NCBI GenBank assembly: GCA_035944135.1
Contig: DASZBM010000006.1
Location: 87,510-151,509 of the forward strand
Direction: 5' to 3'
Length of the DNA: 64,000 nt
From: Acidobacteriaceae bacterium
Lineage (GTDB): Bacteria > Acidobacteriota > Terriglobia > Terriglobales > Acidobacteriaceae
Shown: in pieces, positions 25,658 through 34,681 of the stretch
Position numbering within the stretch: the first letter of the stretch is position 1
Layout of the letters: each line of letters begins with the position of its first letter
Notes under the pieces: model-generated
Databases searched by the model: none
Seen by the model: only the letters and a program-made list of their open reading frames with translations
Told to the model about the DNA's origin: nothing
Made by a program: the position numbers and the translations under genes

Positions 25658-25974
25658 TGAATCACCAATATCAACTCGTTTTTCAGTTTGCGTCCGACGG
25701 GATGGACCTTGACGCCTATCTAGAACTGGAGGACGAAGTAACCAACGGCTTGTCTTCTCACCAAGAGGCAGTCGTCGATGGACATGACTTCGGACTCGGC
25801 GAATTCAACATTTTCATTCACACCAACACACCGCTAGAGACCTTCGAGATTACCGGTGACCTTCTCGGAAACCTGCGGCCCGAACTGCCATTCGCGGCTG
25901 GATATCGTCATTTCGATGAAGACGAGTACAAACCTCTCTGGCCCAAGGGTGCAACATCGTTCCATGTAGCTTGA
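25657..25974 (+). CDS. Hypothetical small acidic protein, lower GC than its neighbours
   Basis: 105 aa. Its ATG overlaps the upstream TGA (TGATG). Hand count: 29/60 G+C in its first 60 nt, against 44/60 in 25561-25620 of the upstream gene. No family recognised. Confidence 0.6.
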   Translation: MNHQYQLVFQFASDGMDLDAYLELEDEVTNGLSSHQEAVVDGHDFGLGEFNIFIHTNTPLETFEITGDLLGNLRPELPFAAGYRHFDEDEYKPLWPKGATSFHVA

Positions 25975-26020
25975 TGCACGGCGAATCCCCGCTCCCGGCG
26001 CCACATCTATACTTGTATCT

Positions 26021-27592
26021 ATGCCGCAAACCGCGCTTCCGACCACACTGGGCCAGCTTCGCAACTCTCCTGACTTCACCCCCGACCGCGTCTCGCGCTC
26101 GGTCAAGGACGAGCTCCGCGACAATCTCATCGCGCGTCTCCGCCAGATCTCCGGAAGTGCCCGCGGCAATGGAGAAGAAGCAGAATCACTCTTCCCCGGC
26201 ATCGTCGGCTACGACGACACGGTCATCCCGCAGGTCGTCAACGCCATCCTCTCGCGCCACAACTTCATCCTGCTTGGCCTGCGCGGCCAGGCAAAGTCCC
26301 GCATCCTCCGCGCGCTCACCACGCTGCTCGACCCCTACGCGCCCTACGTCGCCGGCTCCGAGATGCGTGACAATCCCTACGCTCCACTCAGCAAGTTCTC
26401 GAAGGACCTCATCGCCTCGCTCGGCGATGACACACCCATCGCCTGGATGACGCCCATCGAGCGCTACGTCGAAAAGCTCGCCACGCCCGACGTCACAGTC
26501 GCCGACCTCATCGGCGACGTCGACCCCATCAAAGCGGCCCGCTCCGGCCACGAGCTCGGCTCCGAGCTCACCATGCACTACGGCCTGCTCCCGCGCGCCA
26601 ACCGCGGCATCTTCGCCATCAACGAACTCCCCGACCTCGCCGGCAAGATTCAGGTCGCGCTCTTCAACATCATGCAGGAGGGCGACGTCCAGATTAAGGG
26701 CTACCCCATCCGCCTCGAGCTCGACGTCGCCATCGTCTTCTCCGCCAATCCCGAGGACTACACGGCGCGCGGCAAGATCGTCACCCCGCTCAAGGACCGC
26801 ATCGGCAGCGAAATCCGCACGCACTACCCGGAGTCGCTCGACGAGGCCATCACCATCACCGAGCAGGAAGCCTGGACCGCCCGCAGCTACGCCGCAGACA
26901 ACGACCAGATTCAGCGCATCCACATCCCGCACTACATCCGCCAGATCGTCGAGCAGATTGCCTTCGTCGCGCGCGAGGAGAAAAAGGTCGACAAGCGCTC
27001 CGGCGTCTCGCAGCGCCTGCCCATCAGCACCATGGAGCTTGTCGTCTCGAACGCCGAACGCCGCGCCCTGCTGCACGGCGAATCGCTCGTCGTTCCTCGC
27101 GTCGGCGACATCTTCTCCGCACTCCCTGGCATCACCGGCAAGATCGAACTCGAGTACGAAGGCGAGCTCAAGGGCTCCGACGTCGTCATGCGCGAGATCA
27201 TCCGCCAGTCCGTCGCCACCATCTACGACACCTACTTCGCCGGCGCCGACACCCAGCAGATCGAGCAGTGGTTCAACCTCGGCGGCACCGTCGAGCTCAA
27301 CGACAAGCAGCCCTCGACGGCCGTGCTCAAGTCGCTCAAAGAAATCCAGGGCCTCTTCGACAAGCTCACACCGCTGAAGCTCCCGAAGAACGCCGAACCC
27401 GAGCTCGCCGTCTCCGCAGCCGAGTTCCTCCTCGAAGGCATGACCGCCCACAAGCGCATCTCGCGCTCCGAGGCCCGCACCTTCTCGGCCGGCGAAAAGC
27501 GCAAGCGCGTCGAAGACGCCGCCAACCTCGGCGAGCGCATGCGCGAACGCGAGCGCGAGGCATTCAACCGCACCCGCCGCGGCTTCAACTAA
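26021..27592 (+). CDS. ChlI/Mg-chelatase-like AAA+ ATPase (COG1239-type)
   Basis: 523 aa. FPGIVGYDDTVIPQVVNAILSRHNFILLGLRGQAKSRILRAL (Walker A variant). GIFAINELPDL (Walker B). IVFSANPEDY. This family is usually encoded next to a vWA protein. Confidence 0.85.
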   Translation: MPQTALPTTLGQLRNSPDFTPDRVSRSVKDELRDNLIARLRQISGSARGNGEEAESLFPGIVGYDDTVIPQVVNAILSRHNFILLGLRGQAKSRILRALTTLLDPYAPYVAGSEMRDNPYAPLSKFSKDLIASLGDDTPIAWMTPIERYVEKLATPDVTVADLIGDVDPIKAARSGHELGSELTMHYGLLPRANRGIFAINELPDLAGKIQVALFNIMQEGDVQIKGYPIRLELDVAIVFSANPEDYTARGKIVTPLKDRIGSEIRTHYPESLDEAITITEQEAWTARSYAADNDQIQRIHIPHYIRQIVEQIAFVAREEKKVDKRSGVSQRLPISTMELVVSNAERRALLHGESLVVPRVGDIFSALPGITGKIELEYEGELKGSDVVMREIIRQSVATIYDTYFAGADTQQIEQWFNLGGTVELNDKQPSTAVLKSLKEIQGLFDKLTPLKLPKNAEPELAVSAAEFLLEGMTAHKRISRSEARTFSAGEKRKRVEDAANLGERMREREREAFNRTRRGFN

Positions 27593-27652
27593 AGCGGTAG
27601 CAAGATTGCTGAGCCGGTCGCCCTGCGCGCAGGGTAAGATTTTCTCGTCACC

Positions 27653-28750
27653 ATGACGACGAAAATCCCCGCGCTCTCGGCCCTCGTCCTCGTCCTCACC
27701 GCTCCCCTCTCAGCCCAAAAGATCTCCAACCCTGCCGCCTCCGTACTCGACGCCTCCGCGCGCCAGGCGTTTCTCAAGTCCACCGATAACAGCCTCATCC
27801 GCGATGCCGTCGCGCACCTCGGCTCGTGCACGGCGACGCCGCTCGTCGCCGCGCCCATCGGCCCCATGCAGATTCCGCACCACTACATGCATGGGTCGAA
27901 CGGCCCCATTAATCCAGCCGAAGCCGAAGCCACCCACACCTACGGCGAGTTCGAGCACCGCATCACCTCCGGCATGAACCGCTGGGTCGCCACCGGCAAC
28001 GAAGCCGAGGCCCAGTGCGCGCTCTCGCAGCTTGACGCCTGGGCACAAGCCGGCGCGCTCACCAAGTACGACCCGAAGGAATATTCGCAGTCTTGGTTCC
28101 AGGCCGAGTGGACACTCTGCTCCGCCGGCATCACCGCCTCCGTGCTCAGGCAGGATCCGGACCTCGACGGCGCAATGCAGCAGCGCGTCGCCAACTGGCT
28201 GAATCACGCCGCGCACCAGCTCATCTCCTACGAGAAGCCCGGCGAGCTCGGCAACAATCACCACTACTGGCGTGCGCTCGCCGCTACTTCCATCGGCGTG
28301 CTCTCCAACGACGACGACCTCTTCCGCTTCGGCGTCGACACTTTTAAACAAGCCGTCAGCCAGGAGGACAACAACGGCGCCTTCCCGCTCGAAATGGCTC
28401 GCCACGAAAACGCCATCCACTACCAGGCCTTCGCTCTGCAGCCGCTCATCATGATTGCCGAATTCGCCGAGCGCCAGAACGTCGATCTCTACACCGTTAC
28501 TGACCACGGCCGAACCATCCGCAACGCCGTCGTCTTCCTTGGCCAGGCCATCGCCGATCCCGCAACCGTCAAGCAGTACACAACCGACGAGCAGAAGACG
28601 AACTTCAGTGCCGGCGACATCGCGGAGCTCGACTTCTACGTCGCGCGCTTCGGGCCGGCCGGCATCCCGTCGTCGCTCACCGCGCTCCTCAGCCATCCCG
28701 CTGCCGCAACGCGCATCGGCGGCAGCGCCACCGTGCTCGCGGCCAAATAA
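27653..28750 (+). CDS. Alginate lyase family protein (AlgL / PL5-like), secreted
   Basis: 365 aa. Signal peptide MTTKIPALSALVLVLTAPLSAQ. NNHHYWRALA matches the AlgL NNHSYW motif. All-alpha composition. Confidence 0.7.
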   Translation: MTTKIPALSALVLVLTAPLSAQKISNPAASVLDASARQAFLKSTDNSLIRDAVAHLGSCTATPLVAAPIGPMQIPHHYMHGSNGPINPAEAEATHTYGEFEHRITSGMNRWVATGNEAEAQCALSQLDAWAQAGALTKYDPKEYSQSWFQAEWTLCSAGITASVLRQDPDLDGAMQQRVANWLNHAAHQLISYEKPGELGNNHHYWRALAATSIGVLSNDDDLFRFGVDTFKQAVSQEDNNGAFPLEMARHENAIHYQAFALQPLIMIAEFAERQNVDLYTVTDHGRTIRNAVVFLGQAIADPATVKQYTTDEQKTNFSAGDIAELDFYVARFGPAGIPSSLTALLSHPAAATRIGGSATVLAAK

Positions 28751-28778
28751 TCGCGCGAATAAATCCACGCAATAGAAA

Positions 28779-28820
28779 GCGGCGCAGAAGATAGGACATC
28801 ATCTTCTGCGCCGCTCTTTG
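28779..28820. terminator. Bidirectional intrinsic terminator (14-bp perfect stem)
   Basis: GCGGCGCAGAAGAT (28779-28792), loop AGGACATC, ATCTTCTGCGCCGC (28801-28814). Followed by TCTTTG on the plus strand and TTTCTATTG on the minus strand. Sits between convergent genes. Confidence 0.7.
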
Positions 28821-28921
28821 AGCCCGCGTTGCTGCTGCGGGCCGGCTTGCACAGCCGCGGTCTCAGCACCGCGCGCCGGCGATATCGTCAAAACCTGTTA
28901 CGCGTTACTTCTGAATCTCAC

Positions 28922-29128
28922 CTATCTCTTATCGCTGCCGCCGGAGCTCCTCGAGCCGCTGCCGCTCTGCGATCCCTGTGATCCTTGCGAGCCCTGTGAG
29001 CCCTGTGAGCCCGTTGATTTACCCGACTGTTGAGAGGTTGAGCTACCCATACCTGACTGGGTGCGGTTCGGATCCTGGTTGCTGCCTTTGTTCTTCTGCT
29101 GCTCCATGTTCCGATCGTTTGTCGCCAT
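28922..29128 (-). CDS. Small Gly/Ser/Gln-rich hydrophilic (probably disordered) protein
   Basis: 68 aa: MATNDRNMEQQKNKGSNQDPNRTQSGMGSSTSQQSGKSTGSQGSQGSQGSQGSQSGSGSRSSGGSDKR. Good SD (GAGGAGTAGAAACT-ATG). Has its own terminator. A 9-bp DNA tandem repeat at 28975-29019 encodes (GSQ)n. Confidence 0.55.
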   Translation of the reverse strand: MATNDRNMEQQKNKGSNQDPNRTQSGMGSSTSQQSGKSTGSQGSQGSQGSQGSQSGSGSRSSGGSDKR

Positions 29129-29369
29129 AGTTTCTACTCCTCTTCAGTTGCGAGCGGCCTCATCGCCGCCACTAGTAGGACATCACCTCCCATAGCAGCG
29201 TTGCCCGCATTTTTATTGGGTTTTTCGCCAGGATTCACATCCAGATTTCAACCTTATAAACTCCATCTCAGCACCATTCAGCGCAGATTCTTCCAGCAAT
29301 GTCTCCGCACTGAATCGGTGATGTTGCAGCTAAAAAGCTTAGCGCGAGTATCCTTCTTTCACCGGTCGC

Positions 29370-30320
29370 ATGCCTGAGCTTCCCGACATCACGGCGTATC
29401 TCACTGCGCTCACGCCACGCGTCGTCGGGCAGCGCCTTGAAGAGCTTCGCATCGCCAGCCCGCTTCTTCTCCGCACAGCCGTGCCACCAATCCAATCCAT
29501 TGAAGGGAAAGTAGTTCAAAGCCTTCGCCGCGTCGGCAAGCGCATCGTCTTTGTGTTCAATCCCGAGGCCAGCGCCGAAGCGAACATTGATGAGATCAAA
29601 GATCCTTTGTTTCTGGTTCTGCACCTCATGATCGCCGGCCGTCTGCACTGGCGCGATGTCATATCCGGAGCACGACCCAAACTCGGCGGCCGCAACAATC
29701 TCGCATCCTTCGACTTCCCCAACGGCTCGCTCGTCCTCACCGAAGCCGGAGCCAAACGCCGCGCCTCGCTGCATCTCGTTCACGGCGAAGCGGCCCTCGC
29801 CGCGCTCGACCCAGGTGGCCTCGACATCTTCTCGCTCTCACCCGAAGCCTTCCGCGCCGCGCTGTCTGCCGAGAATCACACGCTGAAGCGCGCCCTCACT
29901 GACCCGCGTGTGCTCTCCGGCATCGGCAACGCCTACTCCGACGAGATCCTTTGGGCCGCGCAGCTCTCTCCGCTTGCACAAACGCAAAAGCTCAACGCAG
30001 ACGAGTGGCAGCGTCTCTACACCGCGACACGCGACACACTGCAAATCTGGATCGGCCGCTTCAACGCCGAAGCCGCAAAGAAATTTCCTGAGAAGGTCAC
30101 AGCCTTTCGCCCAGAGATGGCCGTGCACGGCCGCTACAACCTTCCGTGCCCGCGCTGCGGCACGCCCGTCCAGCGAATCCGCTACGCCGACAACGAAACC
30201 AACTACTGCCCCACCTGCCAGACCAGCGGCCGCGTCCTCGCCGACCGCTCGCTCTCACGCCTCCTCGGCTCCGACTGGCCTCGCACGCTCGACGAGCTCG
30301 AAGCCCTGAAGCGCAAATAG
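29370..30320 (+). CDS. Fpg/Nei-family DNA glycosylase / AP lyase
   Basis: 316 aa. N-terminal MPELPDI (catalytic Pro2/Glu3). H2TH region. C-terminal zinc finger CPRCGTPVQRIRYADNETNYCPTCQ. Confidence 0.9.
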   Translation: MPELPDITAYLTALTPRVVGQRLEELRIASPLLLRTAVPPIQSIEGKVVQSLRRVGKRIVFVFNPEASAEANIDEIKDPLFLVLHLMIAGRLHWRDVISGARPKLGGRNNLASFDFPNGSLVLTEAGAKRRASLHLVHGEAALAALDPGGLDIFSLSPEAFRAALSAENHTLKRALTDPRVLSGIGNAYSDEILWAAQLSPLAQTQKLNADEWQRLYTATRDTLQIWIGRFNAEAAKKFPEKVTAFRPEMAVHGRYNLPCPRCGTPVQRIRYADNETNYCPTCQTSGRVLADRSLSRLLGSDWPRTLDELEALKRK

Positions 30321-30380
30321 CCGCATTCGAATCTCTTATCAAAATCGCCGAAACCATCAATACACCTTATCCTTCTAATC

Positions 30381-31058
30381 ATGCGAGCGAACAACAGCCG
30401 CGCCGTCTTCGATGCCACCGCCGCCACCTACGACCGCGACCGCATGAAGCTTATCCCGGGCCATGAAGCCTTTTACGCTGCCGCGCTCGAGCTCATTCCA
30501 ACGGACGCGCTTCGCATCGTCGAACTCGGCGCGGGCTCCGGTCTCTTCTCCGCCATGCTGCGCGCCGCCTTCCCCGAAGCGCACCTTACGCTCATCGACT
30601 TCTCCGAAAACATGCTCGCGCTCGCACGCAATCGTCTCGGTGAAGATCCCCACATCATCTACAGCCTTGCTGACTACACCACCGAACCGCTGCCCGCGAA
30701 CTCCGACGCCATCGTCTCCTCGCTCTCCATCCATCACCTTGAAGACGACCGCAAGCGCGCTCTGCTGCCGCACATCTTCACCGCGCTCCGTCCCGGCGGG
30801 CTCTTCATCAACGCCGACCACATCGCCGGCCCCACCGCCGAGCTCGAAGAGATGTACCAGCTGCGCTGGCTCGCAGACGTCCGCGCGCTCGGCGCCACCG
30901 AGCAGCAAATCGCCGACTCACTCTTCCGCCAGCAGGAAGACCGCCGCACTCCGGTTGCCGCGCAGCTCGCGTGGCTGCGCGACGCCGGCTTCACCAACGT
31001 CGACTGCTGGTACAAGCACTCCAGCTTCGCCGTCATGAGCGGTACCCGTCCGCGTTGA
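30381..31058 (+). CDS. Class I SAM-dependent methyltransferase
   Basis: 225 aa. Motif I IVELGAGSGLFS, followed by LIDFSENML. Confidence 0.85.
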   Translation: MRANNSRAVFDATAATYDRDRMKLIPGHEAFYAAALELIPTDALRIVELGAGSGLFSAMLRAAFPEAHLTLIDFSENMLALARNRLGEDPHIIYSLADYTTEPLPANSDAIVSSLSIHHLEDDRKRALLPHIFTALRPGGLFINADHIAGPTAELEEMYQLRWLADVRALGATEQQIADSLFRQQEDRRTPVAAQLAWLRDAGFTNVDCWYKHSSFAVMSGTRPR

Positions 31059-31126
31059 TTCCGTCAGATTCCGGAATCCTCGCCCGCGCGCCGTCGTCTA
31101 ATCTGTAGAGACCAGACGGCGCGCGT

Positions 31127-32362
31127 ATGAAGCTGACCCGCTACACCAAGTTCACCGGCGACCTCTCCACAAGCTTCGACCTCGAAGACCTGATGGAAGC
31201 CCTGTCCGATTTTTTCCTCGACTCCGGCTTCGAAGATCCCTGGTCGCAGTTCCCCAACGCTTCCGACTCCATGGAAGACCTCCGCGACGCCATCCGCCAG
31301 GCGCTCGACTCCGGCGAGCTCCTCGACGAAGATGCGCAGGAAAAGTACGAAGCCCTCCCCGAAGAAGGCAAGCAGGAGCTCGTCGAAAAAATCATTCAGC
31401 GCATGAAGGACGAGTCCTTCCTCGACGCCGAATCGCCCGAAGATCAGCCCCAGAGCCCCGGCCAGCAAGCCCAGGGCAACGCCGAAGACGCCCGCTTCGA
31501 AGTCACCGACAAGGCCATGGACTTCCTCGGCTTCAAGGCCCTGCGCGACCTCCTCGGCCCTCTCGGCAAATCATCCCTCGGCCGCCACGACACACTCTAC
31601 GAGGCCGCCGGCGTCGAGACCAACGGCTCCTCCAAGCCCTACGAATTCGGCGACTCCCTCAACCTCGACATCGCCCAGACACTCAACAGCGTCTTCGCGC
31701 GCGAAGGTCCGCCGAACTCCTCCGGCACACTCAACCTCGAATACTCCGACCTCTACGTCCAGCAGGCCGACTACCAATCTTCCTGCGCCACCGTCGTCCT
31801 GCTCGACTGTTCGCACTCGATGATCCTCTACGGCGAGGACCGCTTCACGCCCGCCAAGCGCGTCGCCATGGCGCTCTCGCATCTCATCCGCACCCAGTAC
31901 CCCGGCGACCAGCTCTCCCTCGTCCTCTTCCACGACTCCGCCGAAGAGATCGCCATCTCGCAGCTCCCGCGCGTCAAGGTCGGCCCGCACTACACCAACA
32001 CCCGCGAAGGCCTCCGCGTCGCCCAGCGAATTCTCCGCAGCTCCGGCAAAGACATGAAGCAGATCGTGATGATCACCGACGGCAAGCCCTCCGCGCTCAC
32101 GCTCGACGACGGCCGCATCTACAAAAACGCCTTCGGCCTCGACCCCATCGTCATCTCCGAAACCCTCGAAGAGGTCGGCCGCTGCAAGCGCTCCAACATC
32201 ATGATCAACACCTTCATGCTCGCGAACGACTTCCAGCTCGTCCAGTTCGTGCAGACCATGTCCGCCATGTGCCGCGGCAAGGCCTACTTCACTACGCCGC
32301 AAACACTCGGCAACTATCTCCTCATGGACTTCATGTCCCGCCGCTCCAAACACATCAACTAA
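31127..32362 (+). CDS. von Willebrand factor type A domain protein (COG4867-type; usual partner of the ChlI-like ATPase)
   Basis: 411 aa. Acidic N-terminal region. vWA/MIDAS motif [10 protein letters not shown]...MITDGKPSA. Confidence 0.85.
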   Translation: MKLTRYTKFTGDLSTSFDLEDLMEALSDFFLDSGFEDPWSQFPNASDSMEDLRDAIRQALDSGELLDEDAQEKYEALPEEGKQELVEKIIQRMKDESFLDAESPEDQPQSPGQQAQGNAEDARFEVTDKAMDFLGFKALRDLLGPLGKSSLGRHDTLYEAAGVETNGSSKPYEFGDSLNLDIAQTLNSVFAREGPPNSSGTLNLEYSDLYVQQADYQSSCATVVLLDCSHSMILYGEDRFTPAKRVAMALSHLIRTQYPGDQLSLVLFHDSAEEIAISQLPRVKVGPHYTNTREGLRVAQRILRSSGKDMKQIVMITDGKPSALTLDDGRIYKNAFGLDPIVISETLEEVGRCKRSNIMINTFMLANDFQLVQFVQTMSAMCRGKAYFTTPQTLGNYLLMDFMSRRSKHIN

Positions 32363-32378
32363 CTCGCGCTACCATCGT

Positions 32379-34574
32379 GTGGACAAAACACACGAGGTCA
32401 CAAGCGTGTTCAAAATCCTCCCCGCGTTCACCCTCGCGCTCGCCCTCGCCGCATCCGCACAACAGCCGCAATATCCCTTCCGCGATCCATCCCTCCCGAC
32501 CGCCAAACGCATCGACAATCTTCTCTCCCTCATGACCCTCGACGAGAAGATCGACTGCCTCGGCACCAACACCGCCGTGCCCCGTCTCGGGGTCCCCAAC
32601 TTCGGCAGTTCCGAAGGCATCCACGGCGTCGTGCAGCGCGGCGGCCGCGGCCGCGACGCCATACCAACTACGCAGTTCCCACAGCCTCCCGGCCTCGGCG
32701 CAACCTGGGACCCGGCGCTCATCCAACAGGCGGCCGGCGTCGAAGGCTACGAAGCGCGCTACATCACGCAGACGCCGAAGTACAACCGCCAGATCCTTAT
32801 GCTCTGGGGACCGCAGGCCGACCTCGCGCGCGATCCACGCTGGGGCCGCAGCGAAGAGGTCTACGGCGAGGACCCCTTCTTCAACGGCACCATGGTCACC
32901 GCCTTCATCCACGGCCTGCAGGGCAACGACCCACACTACTGGCTCTCCGCCTCGCTCATGAAGCACTTCCTCGCCAACTCCAACGAGGACCACCGCGACA
33001 GCTCATCCTCCAACTTCGACGACCGCCTCTTCTGGGAGTACTACTCCGTCCCCTTCCGCATGGGCTTCGTCGACGGCGGCGGCCGCGGCGTCATGGCCAG
33101 CTACAACGCATGGAACGGCACGCCCATGGCCGTCAACCCCATCCTCAAATCCATCGTGATCGACCAGTGGCACGCGCTCGTCATCTCCTCCGACGGCGGC
33201 GCCGTCCGCCAGCTCTGGTCCGCGCATCACGCCTTCCCCGACCAGAAGGCCGCCGTTATCGCCTGCCTCCACGCCGGCATCAATCAGTTCCTCGACACGT
33301 ACAAAGACGAAACTCACGCCGCCATCAAAGAAGGCTCCGTCACTGAAGCTGAGCTCGACACACTCCTCCGCCGCAAGTTCGAGGTCACACTCAAACTCGG
33401 CCTCCTCGACCCACCTGACTCCAACCCCTACGCACGCATCAACGCTGAACACGAACCTGAGCCGTGGAACTCCGCGCACTCCCACGAAATCTCCCTCCGC
33501 ACCGCGCTCGAATCCATCGTCCTCCTCAAAAATTCCAACAACACTCTCCCGCTCGACAAGACAAAACTCCACTCCATCGCCGTCATCGGCCTGCTCGCCG
33601 ACTCCGTCCACTGGGACTGGTACGGCGGCACTCCTCCCTACGCCGTCACACCACTCGCCGGCATCAAGGCCGCGGCCGGACCTAACATCAAAATCAACTA
33701 CGCCTCCACCGAAACAGGCCAACAAGCCCTCACCGCAGCGAAGGACTCCGACGTCGCCATCGTCTTCGTCGGCAACGACCCCACCTGCGGCCCCGACATG
33801 GCGCACGACTGGCACGCCACCGTCGACGGTGGCGGCACGCTTCCCTGCACCGTTCCCTCCGACGGTCGCGAAGGCCGCGATCGCGAATCCCTCACGCTCG
33901 AGCAGGAACAGCTCGTCAAGCAGGTCTTCGCCGTCCAGCTGCACACCATCCTCGTCCTCATCTCCAGCTTCCCCTACACCATCAATTGGTCGCAGCAATA
34001 CGTCCCCGCCATCCTGCACATGGCTCACAGCTCACAGGATGAAGGCACAGCCATCGCTCGCGTCCTCTTCGGCGATTACAACCCCGGCGGCCATCTCGTC
34101 GTCACCTGGCCCAAGTCCATTGACCAGCTCCCGCCCATGATGGACTACGACATCCGCCACGGCCGCACCTACATGTATTTCAAAGGTGAGCCGCTCTATC
34201 CCTTCGGCTTCGGCCTTAGTTACACCACCTTCAAGTACTCCAACCTCCACACGAGCGTGCCCGCAGATGGCTCATTGGACGTCGCCGTGGATGTCACCAA
34301 TACCGGCTCGCGCGCTGGCGATGAAGTCGTCCAGATTTACGCGCATTGCCTGCACTCCTCTGTGTCCCGTCCGACACAGCAGCTCATTGGCTTTCAGCGC
34401 GTTACGCTTGCGCCGGGAGAAACTCGCTCCGTCGACATCCCGATCAAGACCTCGAATCTCGCCTATTGGAACGAAAAGCTCAACCGCTTCGTCCTGGAAA
34501 AAGAGCCCATTGAGCTCCGCGTCGGAGACTCCTCGCACAACATCCTGCTCCGCGCGCGAATCCAACCTAAGTAG
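32379..34574 (+). CDS. Glycoside hydrolase family 3 (beta-glucosidase/xylosidase-like), secreted
   Basis: 731 aa in the track. GH3 N- and C-terminal domains plus an Fn3-like tail (YPFGFGLSYTTF). A likelier start is the GTG at 32406 (VFKILPAFTLALALAASAQQ signal peptide), preceded by GAGG. Confidence 0.9.
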   Translation: MDKTHEVTSVFKILPAFTLALALAASAQQPQYPFRDPSLPTAKRIDNLLSLMTLDEKIDCLGTNTAVPRLGVPNFGSSEGIHGVVQRGGRGRDAIPTTQFPQPPGLGATWDPALIQQAAGVEGYEARYITQTPKYNRQILMLWGPQADLARDPRWGRSEEVYGEDPFFNGTMVTAFIHGLQGNDPHYWLSASLMKHFLANSNEDHRDSSSSNFDDRLFWEYYSVPFRMGFVDGGGRGVMASYNAWNGTPMAVNPILKSIVIDQWHALVISSDGGAVRQLWSAHHAFPDQKAAVIACLHAGINQFLDTYKDETHAAIKEGSVTEAELDTLLRRKFEVTLKLGLLDPPDSNPYARINAEHEPEPWNSAHSHEISLRTALESIVLLKNSNNTLPLDKTKLHSIAVIGLLADSVHWDWYGGTPPYAVTPLAGIKAAAGPNIKINYASTETGQQALTAAKDSDVAIVFVGNDPTCGPDMAHDWHATVDGGGTLPCTVPSDGREGRDRESLTLEQEQLVKQVFAVQLHTILVLISSFPYTINWSQQYVPAILHMAHSSQDEGTAIARVLFGDYNPGGHLVVTWPKSIDQLPPMMDYDIRHGRTYMYFKGEPLYPFGFGLSYTTFKYSNLHTSVPADGSLDVAVDVTNTGSRAGDEVVQIYAHCLHSSVSRPTQQLIGFQRVTLAPGETRSVDIPIKTSNLAYWNEKLNRFVLEKEPIELRVGDSSHNILLRARIQPK

Positions 34575-34681
34575 ACTCCTCCTTGAGCCTTGCTGCGCCC
34601 GGCTTGGCAGTATGCTTCAAAACGAAAGGGCCCGATGCTCATCCACCCACATCCCGCGCACGACGATCTCTGCGGGGCAGT

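Noticed and set aside
34600-34615. TTGGCAGTATGCTTC upstream of the histidine kinase as a sigma54 promoter
   Set aside because: The GG-to-GC spacing is about 4 nt too short compared with the TGGCAC-N5-TTGC consensus.
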